DNA of 64,000 nt from Sphingobacteriales bacterium (GCA_004294495.1 REAS01000042.1:12670-76669), one strand, 5' to 3'; positions 41,489-49,944 are shown, counted from the stretch's first letter. Translations and numbers: made by a program. The notes: generated by a model from the sequence alone, not told the origin.

Positions 41489-43586
41489 TTAAAATTTTGG
41501 TTCCTTTAATAATGCTTGTACCCGCCAAAATAGATTGGTTGGTAACTTGGCCGCTTCCGCTGATTACGGGCTTTAAACCCGAGTTTCCTAACACATACAA
41601 AGCATCTTTTAAACCCATACCTGTTACGTTGGGTACTACGCCTCGGCGTTTAAATATTTCTTTATAGGCAATGCCGCTGTTGCTATCTGCATCGTCGGTA
41701 CTTAGTTTTGCCAAGGTGGTTTTTATACCAAATCCATTGTAAACCATATTGTTGGCTTTGTTATATCCTTGTTTTGCTTTTGGGTTTTTATTTGCAATTG
41801 TACTTTGTTTGGTGTTTACAAAGTTTATCATATCTAAATCGCTAGCAAAAATATGGTCGGCAACTTCTTTAAAAACTGGCCCCGATACCAAGCCACCATA
41901 ATACAAACCTTTAGGGTCGTTTATTACCACAATCATAGAATATTTAGGTTTCTCGGCCGGAAAATAGCCCACAAATGAAGCTTGGTATTGCTTATTTGCT
42001 TTATATCCTTTGTTACCATCGGCCACTTGTGCTGTACCCGTTTTGCCCGCAATATTATACAACGGGTTATATACATTTAGTTTCCCACTGCCTTGGGTAA
42101 CTACGCCTTCTAACATTGCTCTAATTTTGCTTAAAGTAACATCCGAACATATTTTATCGTTAATTTCTCGGGTTTTAAAAGTTTCTATAGTGTTTCCCAA
42201 ACGCCTAATTTCTTTCACAAAAATGGGCGAAATGTAGTTTCCGTTATTGGCAACGGCGTTATAAAACGATAGCATTTTAAGTGGCGTTAATTGCATTTCG
42301 TAACCATAGGCCATTTGTGGCAGGGTCATATTTCTGTTCCAACTGGTGTTTTTAGGGTTTTTAACCACAGGCTCGGCTTCGCCAGGTATTTGCAAACCTA
42401 GTTTTTCGTTTAAATGCCAATCATATAAATGGTTGGTGAATTTAGATTGCCTAAACCTGTAATTGGTATTAATTAATTTTGCAATGGCAGCGTTTGATGA
42501 TTGCTCGAAAGCTTTTTTAACCGTAACCACGCCAATACTACCGTGTGAGTCGGTAATAATTTTACCCGGTATTTTATACGTACCTGTTTCAATTAAGGTA
42601 TTGGTATCAATAAGTTTATCTTCTAACAAAGCCATATACGAAGCCAGTTTAAAGGTAGAGCCTGGGTCTTGATTACCAGCAATGGCATAATTAAATTGTT
42701 CTTTATACACCCCCTCGCTAACTTTAGTAAAATTAGCAACAGCCCTAATTTCGCCTGTGGCAACTTCCATTACAATTACAGCACCGTGGTGGGCATCGCT
42801 TTTTATCAGTTGTTTTTGTAAGGCGTTTTGGGCTAAATCTTGTATATTAATATCAATGGTGCTAATAATATCGGCACCTTCTTTAGGGGAAATTTCATCC
42901 TCTTCGTTTACGGGCATCCACACTCCGCCCGATATGCGCTGCACCAAACGTTTACCACTTTCGCCGTTAATGTACTGACCGTAAGCACCCTCTAAACCCA
43001 CTCCGTTTTTAACGTTTTCGTTTTTATAACCAATGGTACGGGCGGCTAAATCTCTAAAAGGTAAAATGCGTTTGTTTTGTTGTATGGTTATCATCCCACC
43101 TTTATAACGCCCTAAATTAAACATCGGAAATTTTTTCATTGCCTTTAAATCCTGATAAGTAATGTTACGTTTTATTAAAAAATAACGTTGCCCATCTTGC
43201 CTGGCGTTGCGTAGTTTGCGGGTATAATCTCGCCCCGATTTATCTTTAAAATAATTGGCTAAAGCAAAACCTAACGAATCTACTTTATCATAAAAAACTT
43301 TATCGTCTTCAATTCCGCCGGCCAATAAATCCATACGCACTTCGTATTGCGGAACCGATGTTGCCAATAAACTGCCATCAATAGCGTAAATATTACCTCG
43401 GGATGCTTCAACCTCAATATATTTGGTGCTAAAACTTTTTGCCATAGCCCTATATTTTGGCCCTTGCACCACCTGTACGTGTACCAATTTGGCCACCACA
43501 GCGCAAGCAAATAATAAAATGATGCCAAATGCAGCATAAACCCTTAATAATATGTTAGTTCTAATATTCATTTGGGGCAACAACAA
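41475..43586 (-). CDS. ftsI: penicillin-binding protein 3-type transpeptidase with C-terminal PASTA domain
   Basis: 703 aa with an N-terminal TM segment, an STFK active-site motif (GSTFKLAS), SSN and KTGTAQ. The C-terminal VPNVTGMGLKDALYVLGNSGLKPVISGSGQV looks like a PASTA domain. Confidence 0.9.
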   Translation of the reverse strand: MLLPQMNIRTNILLRVYAAFGIILLFACAVVAKLVHVQVVQGPKYRAMAKSFSTKYIEVEASRGNIYAIDGSLLATSVPQYEVRMDLLAGGIEDDKVFYDKVDSLGFALANYFKDKSGRDYTRKLRNARQDGQRYFLIKRNITYQDLKAMKKFPMFNLGRYKGGMITIQQNKRILPFRDLAARTIGYKNENVKNGVGLEGAYGQYINGESGKRLVQRISGGVWMPVNEEDEISPKEGADIISTIDINIQDLAQNALQKQLIKSDAHHGAVIVMEVATGEIRAVANFTKVSEGVYKEQFNYAIAGNQDPGSTFKLASYMALLEDKLIDTNTLIETGTYKIPGKIITDSHGSIGVVTVKKAFEQSSNAAIAKLINTNYRFRQSKFTNHLYDWHLNEKLGLQIPGEAEPVVKNPKNTSWNRNMTLPQMAYGYEMQLTPLKMLSFYNAVANNGNYISPIFVKEIRRLGNTIETFKTREINDKICSDVTLSKIRAMLEGVVTQGSGKLNVYNPLYNIAGKTGTAQVADGNKGYKANKQYQASFVGYFPAEKPKYSMIVVINDPKGLYYGGLVSGPVFKEVADHIFASDLDMINFVNTKQSTIANKNPKAKQGYNKANNMVYNGFGIKTTLAKLSTDDADSNSGIAYKEIFKRRGVVPNVTGMGLKDALYVLGNSGLKPVISGSGQVTNQSILAGTSIIKGTKILIALQ

Positions 43587-43983
43587 TTTTTATAGGCGGT
43601 GTAACAGGTACTTTTAATTGCAATAAGGTATCTACTCGGCTTACTACTTCGGTTTGTTTGCTTTTAAACATTAAATCGGCTTTTAGGGTTTTAAAATCCC
43701 AGCTTAGCTCTTTTACTTCTTTATTTATTTTATCTATTTCTCGGATATTACTTTCGGCCGAGTGGCGGTTACCAATATAAATTAGCGCTAAAAACGACAG
43801 AAATAATATGAACGGAAGCGCATCGGTTGCGGCTTCTTTTGATACTACACCTTTTACAAACAGCAACTGAAAAAAGTTATTGGTAGGCAAATCATAACTG
43901 GATTTCCCTTTTAACCTAGGCTCAAAAACGGCTTCGTTTTCTTCCTGAATTTCCTCTATTTTACTTTTAAACTGGTTGCTCAT
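43561..43983 (-). CDS. ftsL: FtsL-like cell division protein
   Basis: 140 aa with a single TM segment followed by a coiled-coil-like region. Sits between rsmH and ftsI. Confidence 0.6.
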   Translation of the reverse strand: MSNQFKSKIEEIQEENEAVFEPRLKGKSSYDLPTNNFFQLLFVKGVVSKEAATDALPFILFLSFLALIYIGNRHSAESNIREIDKINKEVKELSWDFKTLKADLMFKSKQTEVVSRVDTLLQLKVPVTPPIKIVVAPNEY

Positions 43984-44885
43984 CGTTTTACAGCAATTCG
44001 TAACCTTGCACTGCGGGCTCGGTTGTTGGTTTCTATTTCTTGCTCGGTTGCAGTTACCAGTTTTCGGGTAATTACATCGAATGGTTTTATATCGTTACCA
44101 AAAAAATCCTTTTCAATCTCGCCACTAAACTTGCCTTTGGCCATAAAATTTTTAACCAACCTATCTTCTAAGGAGTGGTACGACATAATTACTAACCGTC
44201 CCCCAGGTTTTAAAACCTCAATAGTTTGCTCTAAAAAAATACGCAAAGCCTCCATTTCTTGGTTAACTTCTATACGTAATGCCTGAAAAACTTGTGCTAA
44301 ATATTTGTTTTCTTTTTGTTTAGGTATTAATACGCTTATGGCGGATTTAAGTTGGTTAACCGTGTTAATAGTTTGGTTTAACCTTGCGGTTACAATAGTT
44401 TTGGCTAAGGATTTAGCATTTTGAATTTCGCCGTACATACCAAAAATTTTGTGCAAATCTTCTTCGGTGTAGGTGTTTATAATTTCTTTAGCAGTTAGGC
44501 TGGATGTTTGGTCCATACGCATATCCAAATCGGCATCGAAACGGATAGAGAAACCACGATCTGGTATATCAAATTGATGTGAAGAAACGCCTAAATCTGC
44601 CAAAATACCATCAACAGGCAATGTGCCGTGTAAGCGTAGGTTGTTTTTTAGGAATTTGAAATTTTGGTCAACAAACACAAAGCGGTCATCGGTAATTAGG
44701 TTTTGCAGGGCATCAACATCTTGGTCGAAGGCTACTAAAATACCATCGGCATTTAGGTGCTTCATTATTTCTCGCGAGTGGCCGCCGCCGCCAAAAGTTA
44801 CATCAACGTAAGTACCATTGGGTTTAATAGCTAAACCGTCAATACACTCTTGCAACATAACAGGTTGGTGGTAATTGTTAAGCAT
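43980..44885 (-). CDS. rsmH: 16S rRNA (cytosine1402-N4)-methyltransferase
   Basis: ORF 43980..44930. I prefer the ATG at 44885 (MLNNYHQPVMLQE). Motifs are DVTFGGGGHS, DLGVSSHQ, SYHSLEDR and NNRARSA. Confidence 0.9.
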   Translation of the reverse strand: MLNNYHQPVMLQECIDGLAIKPNGTYVDVTFGGGGHSREIMKHLNADGILVAFDQDVDALQNLITDDRFVFVDQNFKFLKNNLRLHGTLPVDGILADLGVSSHQFDIPDRGFSIRFDADLDMRMDQTSSLTAKEIINTYTEEDLHKIFGMYGEIQNAKSLAKTIVTARLNQTINTVNQLKSAISVLIPKQKENKYLAQVFQALRIEVNQEMEALRIFLEQTIEVLKPGGRLVIMSYHSLEDRLVKNFMAKGKFSGEIEKDFFGNDIKPFDVITRKLVTATEQEIETNNRARSARLRIAVKR

Positions 44886-45339
44886 TTTGCCCCCTTCCTT
44901 TGCCCATAACCTCTTCGGCAAGTTTTGCAAAATTTTCTGGTTCGTTATCTAGTTGCGTATCGTAAGCTGCTTTATCCCAAAGTTCTATCTTATTAAACTG
45001 ACATAAAAGCACTACATCGGTTTTGGTATTGGCGTAATCGGTAAGCGATTTTGGTATTAGAATACGGTTTGCAGCATCTAAAGAAAGCTCGGTAGCACCA
45101 CGGGTAAAGTAGCGTATAAATTCGCGGGTTTTGGCTTCAAATTGGTTGAGGGTGGCTAAATCGGCCACTATTTTATCCCACTCTTGTTTGGTGTAAATTA
45201 CTAAATGCTTCTCGAAACCACGGTTTATAACCAAGCCTTGCTGCTCGGCATCGGGCAGTTGTCGCTTAAGGTTGCTGGGTATCATCAGCCGCCCTTTGGC
45301 GTCAAGCTTACATTCAAATTCACCAATGAGTTGCGACAT
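44878..45339 (-). CDS. mraZ: transcriptional regulator MraZ
   Basis: 153 aa with two SpoVT/AbrB-like halves (DAKGRLMIP and ANRILIP). Confidence 0.9.
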   Translation of the reverse strand: MSQLIGEFECKLDAKGRLMIPSNLKRQLPDAEQQGLVINRGFEKHLVIYTKQEWDKIVADLATLNQFEAKTREFIRYFTRGATELSLDAANRILIPKSLTDYANTKTDVVLLCQFNKIELWDKAAYDTQLDNEPENFAKLAEEVMGKGRGQNA

Positions 45340-45382
45340 TTAGTTTAAAAGTATTATAATAAGGTAAAAGTAGGGATAAGTT

Positions 45383-45410
45383 CTCCACTTTTTACCACTT
45401 CTTCCCACAA
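45383..45410 (-). promoter_or_regulatory. candidate MraZ operator: three GTGG boxes at an exact 10-bp period
   Basis: The minus strand reads GTGGGAAGAA GTGGTAAAAA GTGGAG. On the plus strand CCAC falls at 45385-88, 45395-98 and 45405-08. The site is about 45-70 nt upstream of the mraZ ATG. MraZ operators described in E. coli are phased TGGGN-type direct repeats. Confidence 0.5.
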
Positions 45411-45656
45411 AAAGTTTTCAACAGTATTGTTGGTAAGGTAGATGGGCTTGGGAGATTTTGTGTAATGATTTTAAATGAGATGTTATTACCTATGCTTTCG
45501 CTTGGAGCGAAGAGATAGGTTTGGAATTTAATTTACTATGTGGGTGGTGGTAAATCAAACACGGGTAGTTTATAGATTACTCAACCGTTTTAGCCACAAG
45601 CTAAAGCCTATTTTTATAAACTGGAATTTTTAAGAGCTTATGGAGTGAAGCAAATA

Positions 45657-45890
45657 ACCTCAACGTTTGGGTTAAACACCCCAGTGTTTGGGTTATTAAC
45701 CCCAGTGTTTGGGTTAAAAACCTAATTGGTTTAGGTTATTAACCCAAAGTTTTAGGTTAAAGACCGAAACGTTTAGGTTATAGACCGAAACGTTTGGGTT
45801 TTAGACCCAATGCGATTAGGTTAAAGACCGAAGCGGTGGGGTTATGGACCGAAACGGAAGGGTTAAAGACCGTAATGGTGGGGTTACAGG
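45657..45890. repeat. array of 11 head-to-tail 21-bp (twice 22-bp) degenerate direct repeats (iteron-like)
   Basis: The consensus is about CCGAAACGTTTGGGTTAAAGA. The (G/A)GGTT(A/T) cores start at 45669, 45690, 45711, 45733, 45754, 45775, 45796, 45818, 45839, 45860 and 45881. Two more degenerate units lie at about 46118-46155. Confidence 0.9.
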
Positions 45891-45895
45891 TAATA

Positions 45896-46118
45896 CCGAT
45901 GCCTTCGCTTGGAGCGAAGGCATCGGTTTGGAAGGTATAGGTAAATTTCGGAGCTGCAATTTTATTTTACATAAACCACCGATGCCTTCGCTTAGAGCGA
46001 AGGCATCGGGTTCGAAGGCATCGGTAAATTTTGTGTCTACAATTTATATTCTACACACACGCCGATGCCTTCGCTTGGAGCGAAGGCATCGGTATGGAAG
46101 GCATCGGTTTGAAAAAAG
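45896..46118. repeat. about 2.7 tandem copies of an 83-bp unit, each starting with a 31-nt palindrome
   Basis: CCGATGCCTTCGCTTGGAGCGAAGGCATCGG occurs at 45896, 45979 (1 mismatch, in the loop) and 46062. Each copy has a 13-bp perfect stem and a 5-nt loop. The inter-palindrome segments are also homologous (GGTAAATTT..G.GCT.CAATTT.ATT.TACA). A diverged copy lies at 45489-45519. Confidence 0.9.
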
Positions 46119-46377
46119 ACCGTAACGCCGGGGTTAAAGATCTAATGGTTTACGTAAGGAGCCTATATAACCCAATGGTTTTTTGAAAGAAATTGATACA
46201 TTTGAACATAAGAATAACGGCAATATTTATGGTACAAAGCCACGTATAAATAGTTGGATTTGTACCATTTTGTGACTGGTATAAATAAGTTAGGTGTAAC
46301 CCTACGACGAGACAATAGCATTGAACAGACAACCCAAAAATCAACAGTTTTTTTAATTAATACGTGACATTTTCAGA

Positions 46378-46385
46378 TATATTTG
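46378..46385 (+). promoter_or_regulatory. Bacteroidota-type -7 promoter element (TATATTTG) for the ParB-like operon
   Basis: TATATTTG matches TAnnTTTG and lies 26 nt upstream of the ATG at 46411. Confidence 0.35.
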
Positions 46386-46410
46386 CAATGAAAATTATTA
46401 TAAAAATCAA

Positions 46411-47508
46411 ATGAAAGCAGACGCAAAATTTATTGAGGTTGACATTCAAAATTTGAAGTTAGACCATATTAATCCAAGACTGCCTGAAAGATTAAAAGGA
46501 GCAGAGGATAAAGACGTTTTAAATTGGATGCTTTCGGATGCAACACTAATTGATTTAATGGCCTCAATTTCTGAAAATGGATTCTTTTCAGGAGAGCCAA
46601 TAATTGTTATTCCTGACAACCAAACCTATATTGTTATTGAAGGAAACCGGAGATTAGCTGCAATTAAATTACTTGCCAATCCAGGATTAGCAGCAATTAG
46701 CCCTAAAGCGGTTGAAAGTTTGTCAAATGAGGCAAAAGCTAAAAACAATATTCCCGAAAAACTTTGGGTTTACATTGTAAAAGAAAGAAGTGAGGTAGAA
46801 AATTATTTAGCATTTAGACATGTTACAGGCGTAAAGCAGTGGCCTGTAATTTCAAAAGCAAGGTATTTAAATCATTTATATCAACAGAAACCAATTAAAA
46901 CCATTTCGGTTTACAAAGACTTAGCAAAAGAGATTGGAAGCAAAGCCCCATATGTCAGAAGACTACTTACAGGATATAAGGCTTTTGAAATTATCCAAAG
47001 TAGAAAGTATTACAATATAACTGACCTTGATGAAGAAAATTTTGACCTTTCATTAATTACCGATGCTATAACAATGCATTCAGCAATTGCTGAATTTATG
47101 GGAATTGATATGGAGTCTGAAACCCCTTTTGAAAATGTTAGCCTAGAAAAATTAAAAGAAGTAACAGAATGGCTTTATCAAAAACTTTCAAATGGAAAGA
47201 CAAGAATTGGTGACAATAGGAATTTAAGAGTTTTAAATAAAGTAATCCAAAATATTGAGGCGAGAGAATCATTTATTAGTGGAGAGAAAAATTTAAAGGA
47301 AGCGGCAGAACTAACGGATTTAGCTGATGAAAATATCAGATTGTATCTTACAAAAGCTCTGCAAAATTTAGTTGAAGCCCAAAAAATAGTTCACCGAAGT
47401 TCTAATCCAGACAAGAATGATAAAAAGGTTGCCGATGAAATTATAGATTCTGCTGAACTTATTAGTCGAACAATTACAAAAAAAATTAGAGAAAAAGAAA
47501 CACTATAA
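46411..47508 (+). CDS. ParB/Srx-fold N-terminal domain protein (non-partition context)
   Basis: 365 aa. The N-terminus (IEVDIQNLKLDHINPRL...GEPIIVIPDNQTYIVIEGNRRLAAIKLL) carries the ParB-N box pattern (..NPR.. and G.RR..A). The rest was not recognised. Confidence 0.7.
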   Translation: MKADAKFIEVDIQNLKLDHINPRLPERLKGAEDKDVLNWMLSDATLIDLMASISENGFFSGEPIIVIPDNQTYIVIEGNRRLAAIKLLANPGLAAISPKAVESLSNEAKAKNNIPEKLWVYIVKERSEVENYLAFRHVTGVKQWPVISKARYLNHLYQQKPIKTISVYKDLAKEIGSKAPYVRRLLTGYKAFEIIQSRKYYNITDLDEENFDLSLITDAITMHSAIAEFMGIDMESETPFENVSLEKLKEVTEWLYQKLSNGKTRIGDNRNLRVLNKVIQNIEARESFISGEKNLKEAAELTDLADENIRLYLTKALQNLVEAQKIVHRSSNPDKNDKKVADEIIDSAELISRTITKKIREKETL

Positions 47509-47513
47509 CGGCT

Positions 47514-48584
47514 ATGGCATACTTAAAATATCTTGACTTTAGTTTGCCCAAGCTAAATTCCGAACCTAATCATTGGGCAGACCATATTGAATTCTTCTGT
47601 TTTATCTCTCAAGAAGGCAAAATTAGTGAGGAGCAAATAACAGATAGGTTATTAGATGAGAATTCTAATAACCCGTTGGCAGCAGTTGAGGATGTTGCAG
47701 AAGCAGATGAAATTAATGAACTCATTGGTGCATTATCTTCAACAGAATATATGATTGAAGACGAAGTTTTTGACGAAACTAAGGATAATTCAGCCTTTAG
47801 AGATAAAATTTCATCAAAAATAAATTCGTATTTTAACTTACTTAAAGCAAGGCAATTAAATTTTAGCGACGATTATCCCTTTCTTGTTTCAAATAATGAC
47901 ATTACAATAAAGGAAAATCTAACGACAAGTCAAACACTTTATACTATTTTGCTTTGTTCGTCCCTTTTGGGACTTGCTACCAAAAGTGGCTGCAACAAAC
48001 TTGGACATCATTTTGAAGAATTGTGTGCCCCAGCATTCAAAAAGCTAACTCCAATTGACACGCAAAATATATTTTTTGGTTCAGGTTCAGGAGAAAATCT
48101 ATTACCATCAATAACTGGCAAGTTTTACGACAAAGTGATTGAATTGTGCAATTTGCTTCATGTAACTCCACGCACAAATTTCACAGAAGAAAATGCAGGC
48201 ATTCATAATGTTGGTGATGGCGGTTTGGATTGGGTTGGAGTTTTCAATTTTCCAGACAATCAATTTTCTCAACCAACTTTTTTTGGGCAATGTGCATGTG
48301 GAACTGACTGGATTAGTAAAGAATTTGACGCTCATAGTTCAAAATGGAATAAATACATACAGTTTGAAAATGGCTATTTGACTTACCATTTTGTGCCTCG
48401 ACATTTACGTGACGAATCACTAAATTGGTATAATCCATTAGACATATATGACGTTGTCCTAATTGACAGATATAGACTAATAAGCTTATTAAAGTCTGAA
48501 GCAAATCTTCCGAATTTAATTACAACAACTTATGATTCTTTTCTTTTAGAAGTCAGCCAAAACAAAATTGATTCATTTATGTAA
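47514..48584 (+). CDS. hypothetical protein with possible degenerate Mrr/PD-(D/E)xK-like core
   Basis: 356 aa, starting 6 nt after the ParB-like stop. GDGGLDWVGVFNF-12 aa-FGQCACG resembles the Mrr_cat pattern (DGGID ... QxK), but Ala stands where the Lys is expected. The CDS call is solid. The function is speculative. Confidence 0.6.
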   Translation: MAYLKYLDFSLPKLNSEPNHWADHIEFFCFISQEGKISEEQITDRLLDENSNNPLAAVEDVAEADEINELIGALSSTEYMIEDEVFDETKDNSAFRDKISSKINSYFNLLKARQLNFSDDYPFLVSNNDITIKENLTTSQTLYTILLCSSLLGLATKSGCNKLGHHFEELCAPAFKKLTPIDTQNIFFGSGSGENLLPSITGKFYDKVIELCNLLHVTPRTNFTEENAGIHNVGDGGLDWVGVFNFPDNQFSQPTFFGQCACGTDWISKEFDAHSSKWNKYIQFENGYLTYHFVPRHLRDESLNWYNPLDIYDVVLIDRYRLISLLKSEANLPNLITTTYDSFLLEVSQNKIDSFM

Positions 48585-48793
48585 TTGGAACAGGAGCGCA
48601 CATTGCCTTAGTGCGTGTATCCTCACGCTCCAATAAAAAGAATTATATAATGATTTAGATAAAGCACTAAAACGTTGATTATCAATATTCTCAATGAATC
48701 CATATTTTTTAATTGACAAAGCGTATAACTCCAGTGGAGTTATGTTGTCAAAGAAAAAATCTATTTTTTCTTTCATTTCTTTAGTAAATTTCA
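48573..48793 (-). CDS. small hypothetical ORF (doubtful)
   Basis: ORF 48573..48854, trimmed to the ATG at 48793 because the upstream part lies in repeat copy A. The 3' end runs through a repeated junction motif, so this may not be a real gene. Confidence 0.25.
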
Positions 48794-48803
48794 TCTTTAA
48801 TCT

Positions 48804-48969
48804 CCCTGCTCTTCTACTTTTGTTAAGTCGAAGCCCAAATCGTAGGGTTTGCAACCAGTAAAAAAAAATGCCTAATAAACTTTACGTGTTGTTAATTATT
48901 TAGCTATGTTTAATATCGGATTGCAAATCCTACAACATAAGCTTCCAGATTACAAATCTGGAAAAGCGG
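48804..48969 (+). repeat. 165-bp imperfect-palindromic element, copy A
   Basis: CCCTGCTCTTCTACTTTTGTTAAGTCGAAGCCCAAATCGTAGGGTTTGCAACC...CGGATTGCAAATCCTACAACATAAGCTTCCAGATTACAAATCTGGAAAAGCGG. One of four near-identical copies in the same orientation. Confidence 0.9.
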
Positions 48970-49172
48970 CGCTGACGCTTAAACGTGAAGTTTGTACTTC
49001 TATCCAACTTTGTACGGGTTTACAGCAAAGTGCTTTCTTATCGGGCACATCTTAAACCTGTAAACGTTTTGAGTCAGCTTAAAAACCGACCCCGACAGAC
49101 AAAGCAAAAAATTTTGTTTCTAAATTTAGAAACTTTATTTATCTTTATGGCGTTTGACAATTAATTCTACAA

Positions 49173-49514
49173 ATGAAATATTTTGAGATACGGTTTATGG
49201 ACGAAGCAAACGAGTTTATAGCAGAACTTGACCCAAAGACTATCAAAAAAATATTTTACAACATTGACCTTGCTGAACAGACGAATGATCCGAAATTGTT
49301 CAAGAAATTACAAAATGACATTTGGGAACTTCGGACAAAGTATGGTGGCCTTCAAATCAGATTGCTTGCGTTTTGGGACAAGTTAAACAACAAGGAAACA
49401 TAGGTAATTGCGACACACGGTTTCATAAAAAAGGTTGACAAAGTGCCAGCAAACGAAATTCAACGAGCAGAAAAACTTAGAGATAAATATTTTAAAAATA
49501 AACCTAAAAAGTAA
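49173..49514 (+). pseudogene. RelE/HigB-type (phage Gp49-like) toxin interrupted by an in-frame TAG
   Basis: The frame reads ..LRTKYGGLQIRLLAFWDKLNNKET*VIATHGFIKKVDKVPANEIQRAEKLRDKYFKNKPKK*. The stop at 49401-49403 splits an otherwise continuous Gp49/HigB-like sequence, whose family pattern is ..ETLVIATHGFIKK..K.P..EI.KAE. Confidence 0.7.
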
Positions 49515-49518
49515 AAAT

Positions 49519-49845
49519 ATGGCTACCAAAGAAATCAAAACCTATTCATTGACCGAAATGAAAGATAAGTATATTGGTAAAGTGGGGACAGAAGACCGTG
49601 ACGAATATGAGTATGAACTTCGTATGGACGTGTTGGGTAAAATGATTAAATCTGCAAGACAAGAACGACACTTGACACAAGAAGAACTGGGCAAACTTAT
49701 TGGAGTGCAGAAAGCTCAAATTTCTAAACTTGAAAGTAGTGCTAATAGTGCGACAATTGACACCGTTTTGAAAGTTTTCAGAGCATTAAAAGCAGAAATA
49801 AACTTTAACGTAAAACTCGAAGACAACTTTGTTAGACTTGCGTAA
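49519..49845 (+). CDS. XRE-family HTH antitoxin (HigA-like)
   Basis: ORF 49435..49845. The start is chosen at the ATG at 49519 (MATKEIKTYSL), 5 nt after the toxin frame ends. The HTH is RQERHLTQEELGKLIGVQKAQISKLES. Confidence 0.8.
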   Translation: MATKEIKTYSLTEMKDKYIGKVGTEDRDEYEYELRMDVLGKMIKSARQERHLTQEELGKLIGVQKAQISKLESSANSATIDTVLKVFRALKAEINFNVKLEDNFVRLA

Positions 49846-49944
49846 TAGAGAATAAAGCCGAACGAATAACAGCACATTTGCTATAGGCGGGGGTTCGTTT
49901 TCCTCAGACAGTTTAGTGGTAGACGAAAGTTTTGTGCTCGGCAT

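Noticed and set aside
45657-45890. CRISPR-like repeats ending in ..GAAAC (CCGAAAC within each 21-bp unit)
   Set aside because: The units abut directly with no spacers, are only 21 bp long and are degenerate. This is consistent with iterons or satellite-type repeats, not CRISPR.
45896-46118. Possible CRISPR array: a 31-nt palindromic repeat recurring every 83 bp
   Set aside because: The segments between the palindromes are themselves homologous to one another, so this is a tandem repeat and not repeat plus unique spacers. There are only about 3 units. No cas genes are nearby.
45844-46125. 93-aa ORF (MDRNGRVKDRNGG...)
   Set aside because: It reads entirely through the iteron and palindromic repeats, giving a repetitive, low-complexity translation. 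It has no start context.
46150-46344. 64-aa minus-strand ORF between the repeats and the ParB-like gene, and the GGTACAAA..TTTGTACC hairpin at about 46231-46267
   Set aside because: The ORF has a hydrophobic low-complexity translation and no start context. The hairpin has a 20-nt loop and no U-tract, so I do not call a terminator or an ncRNA.
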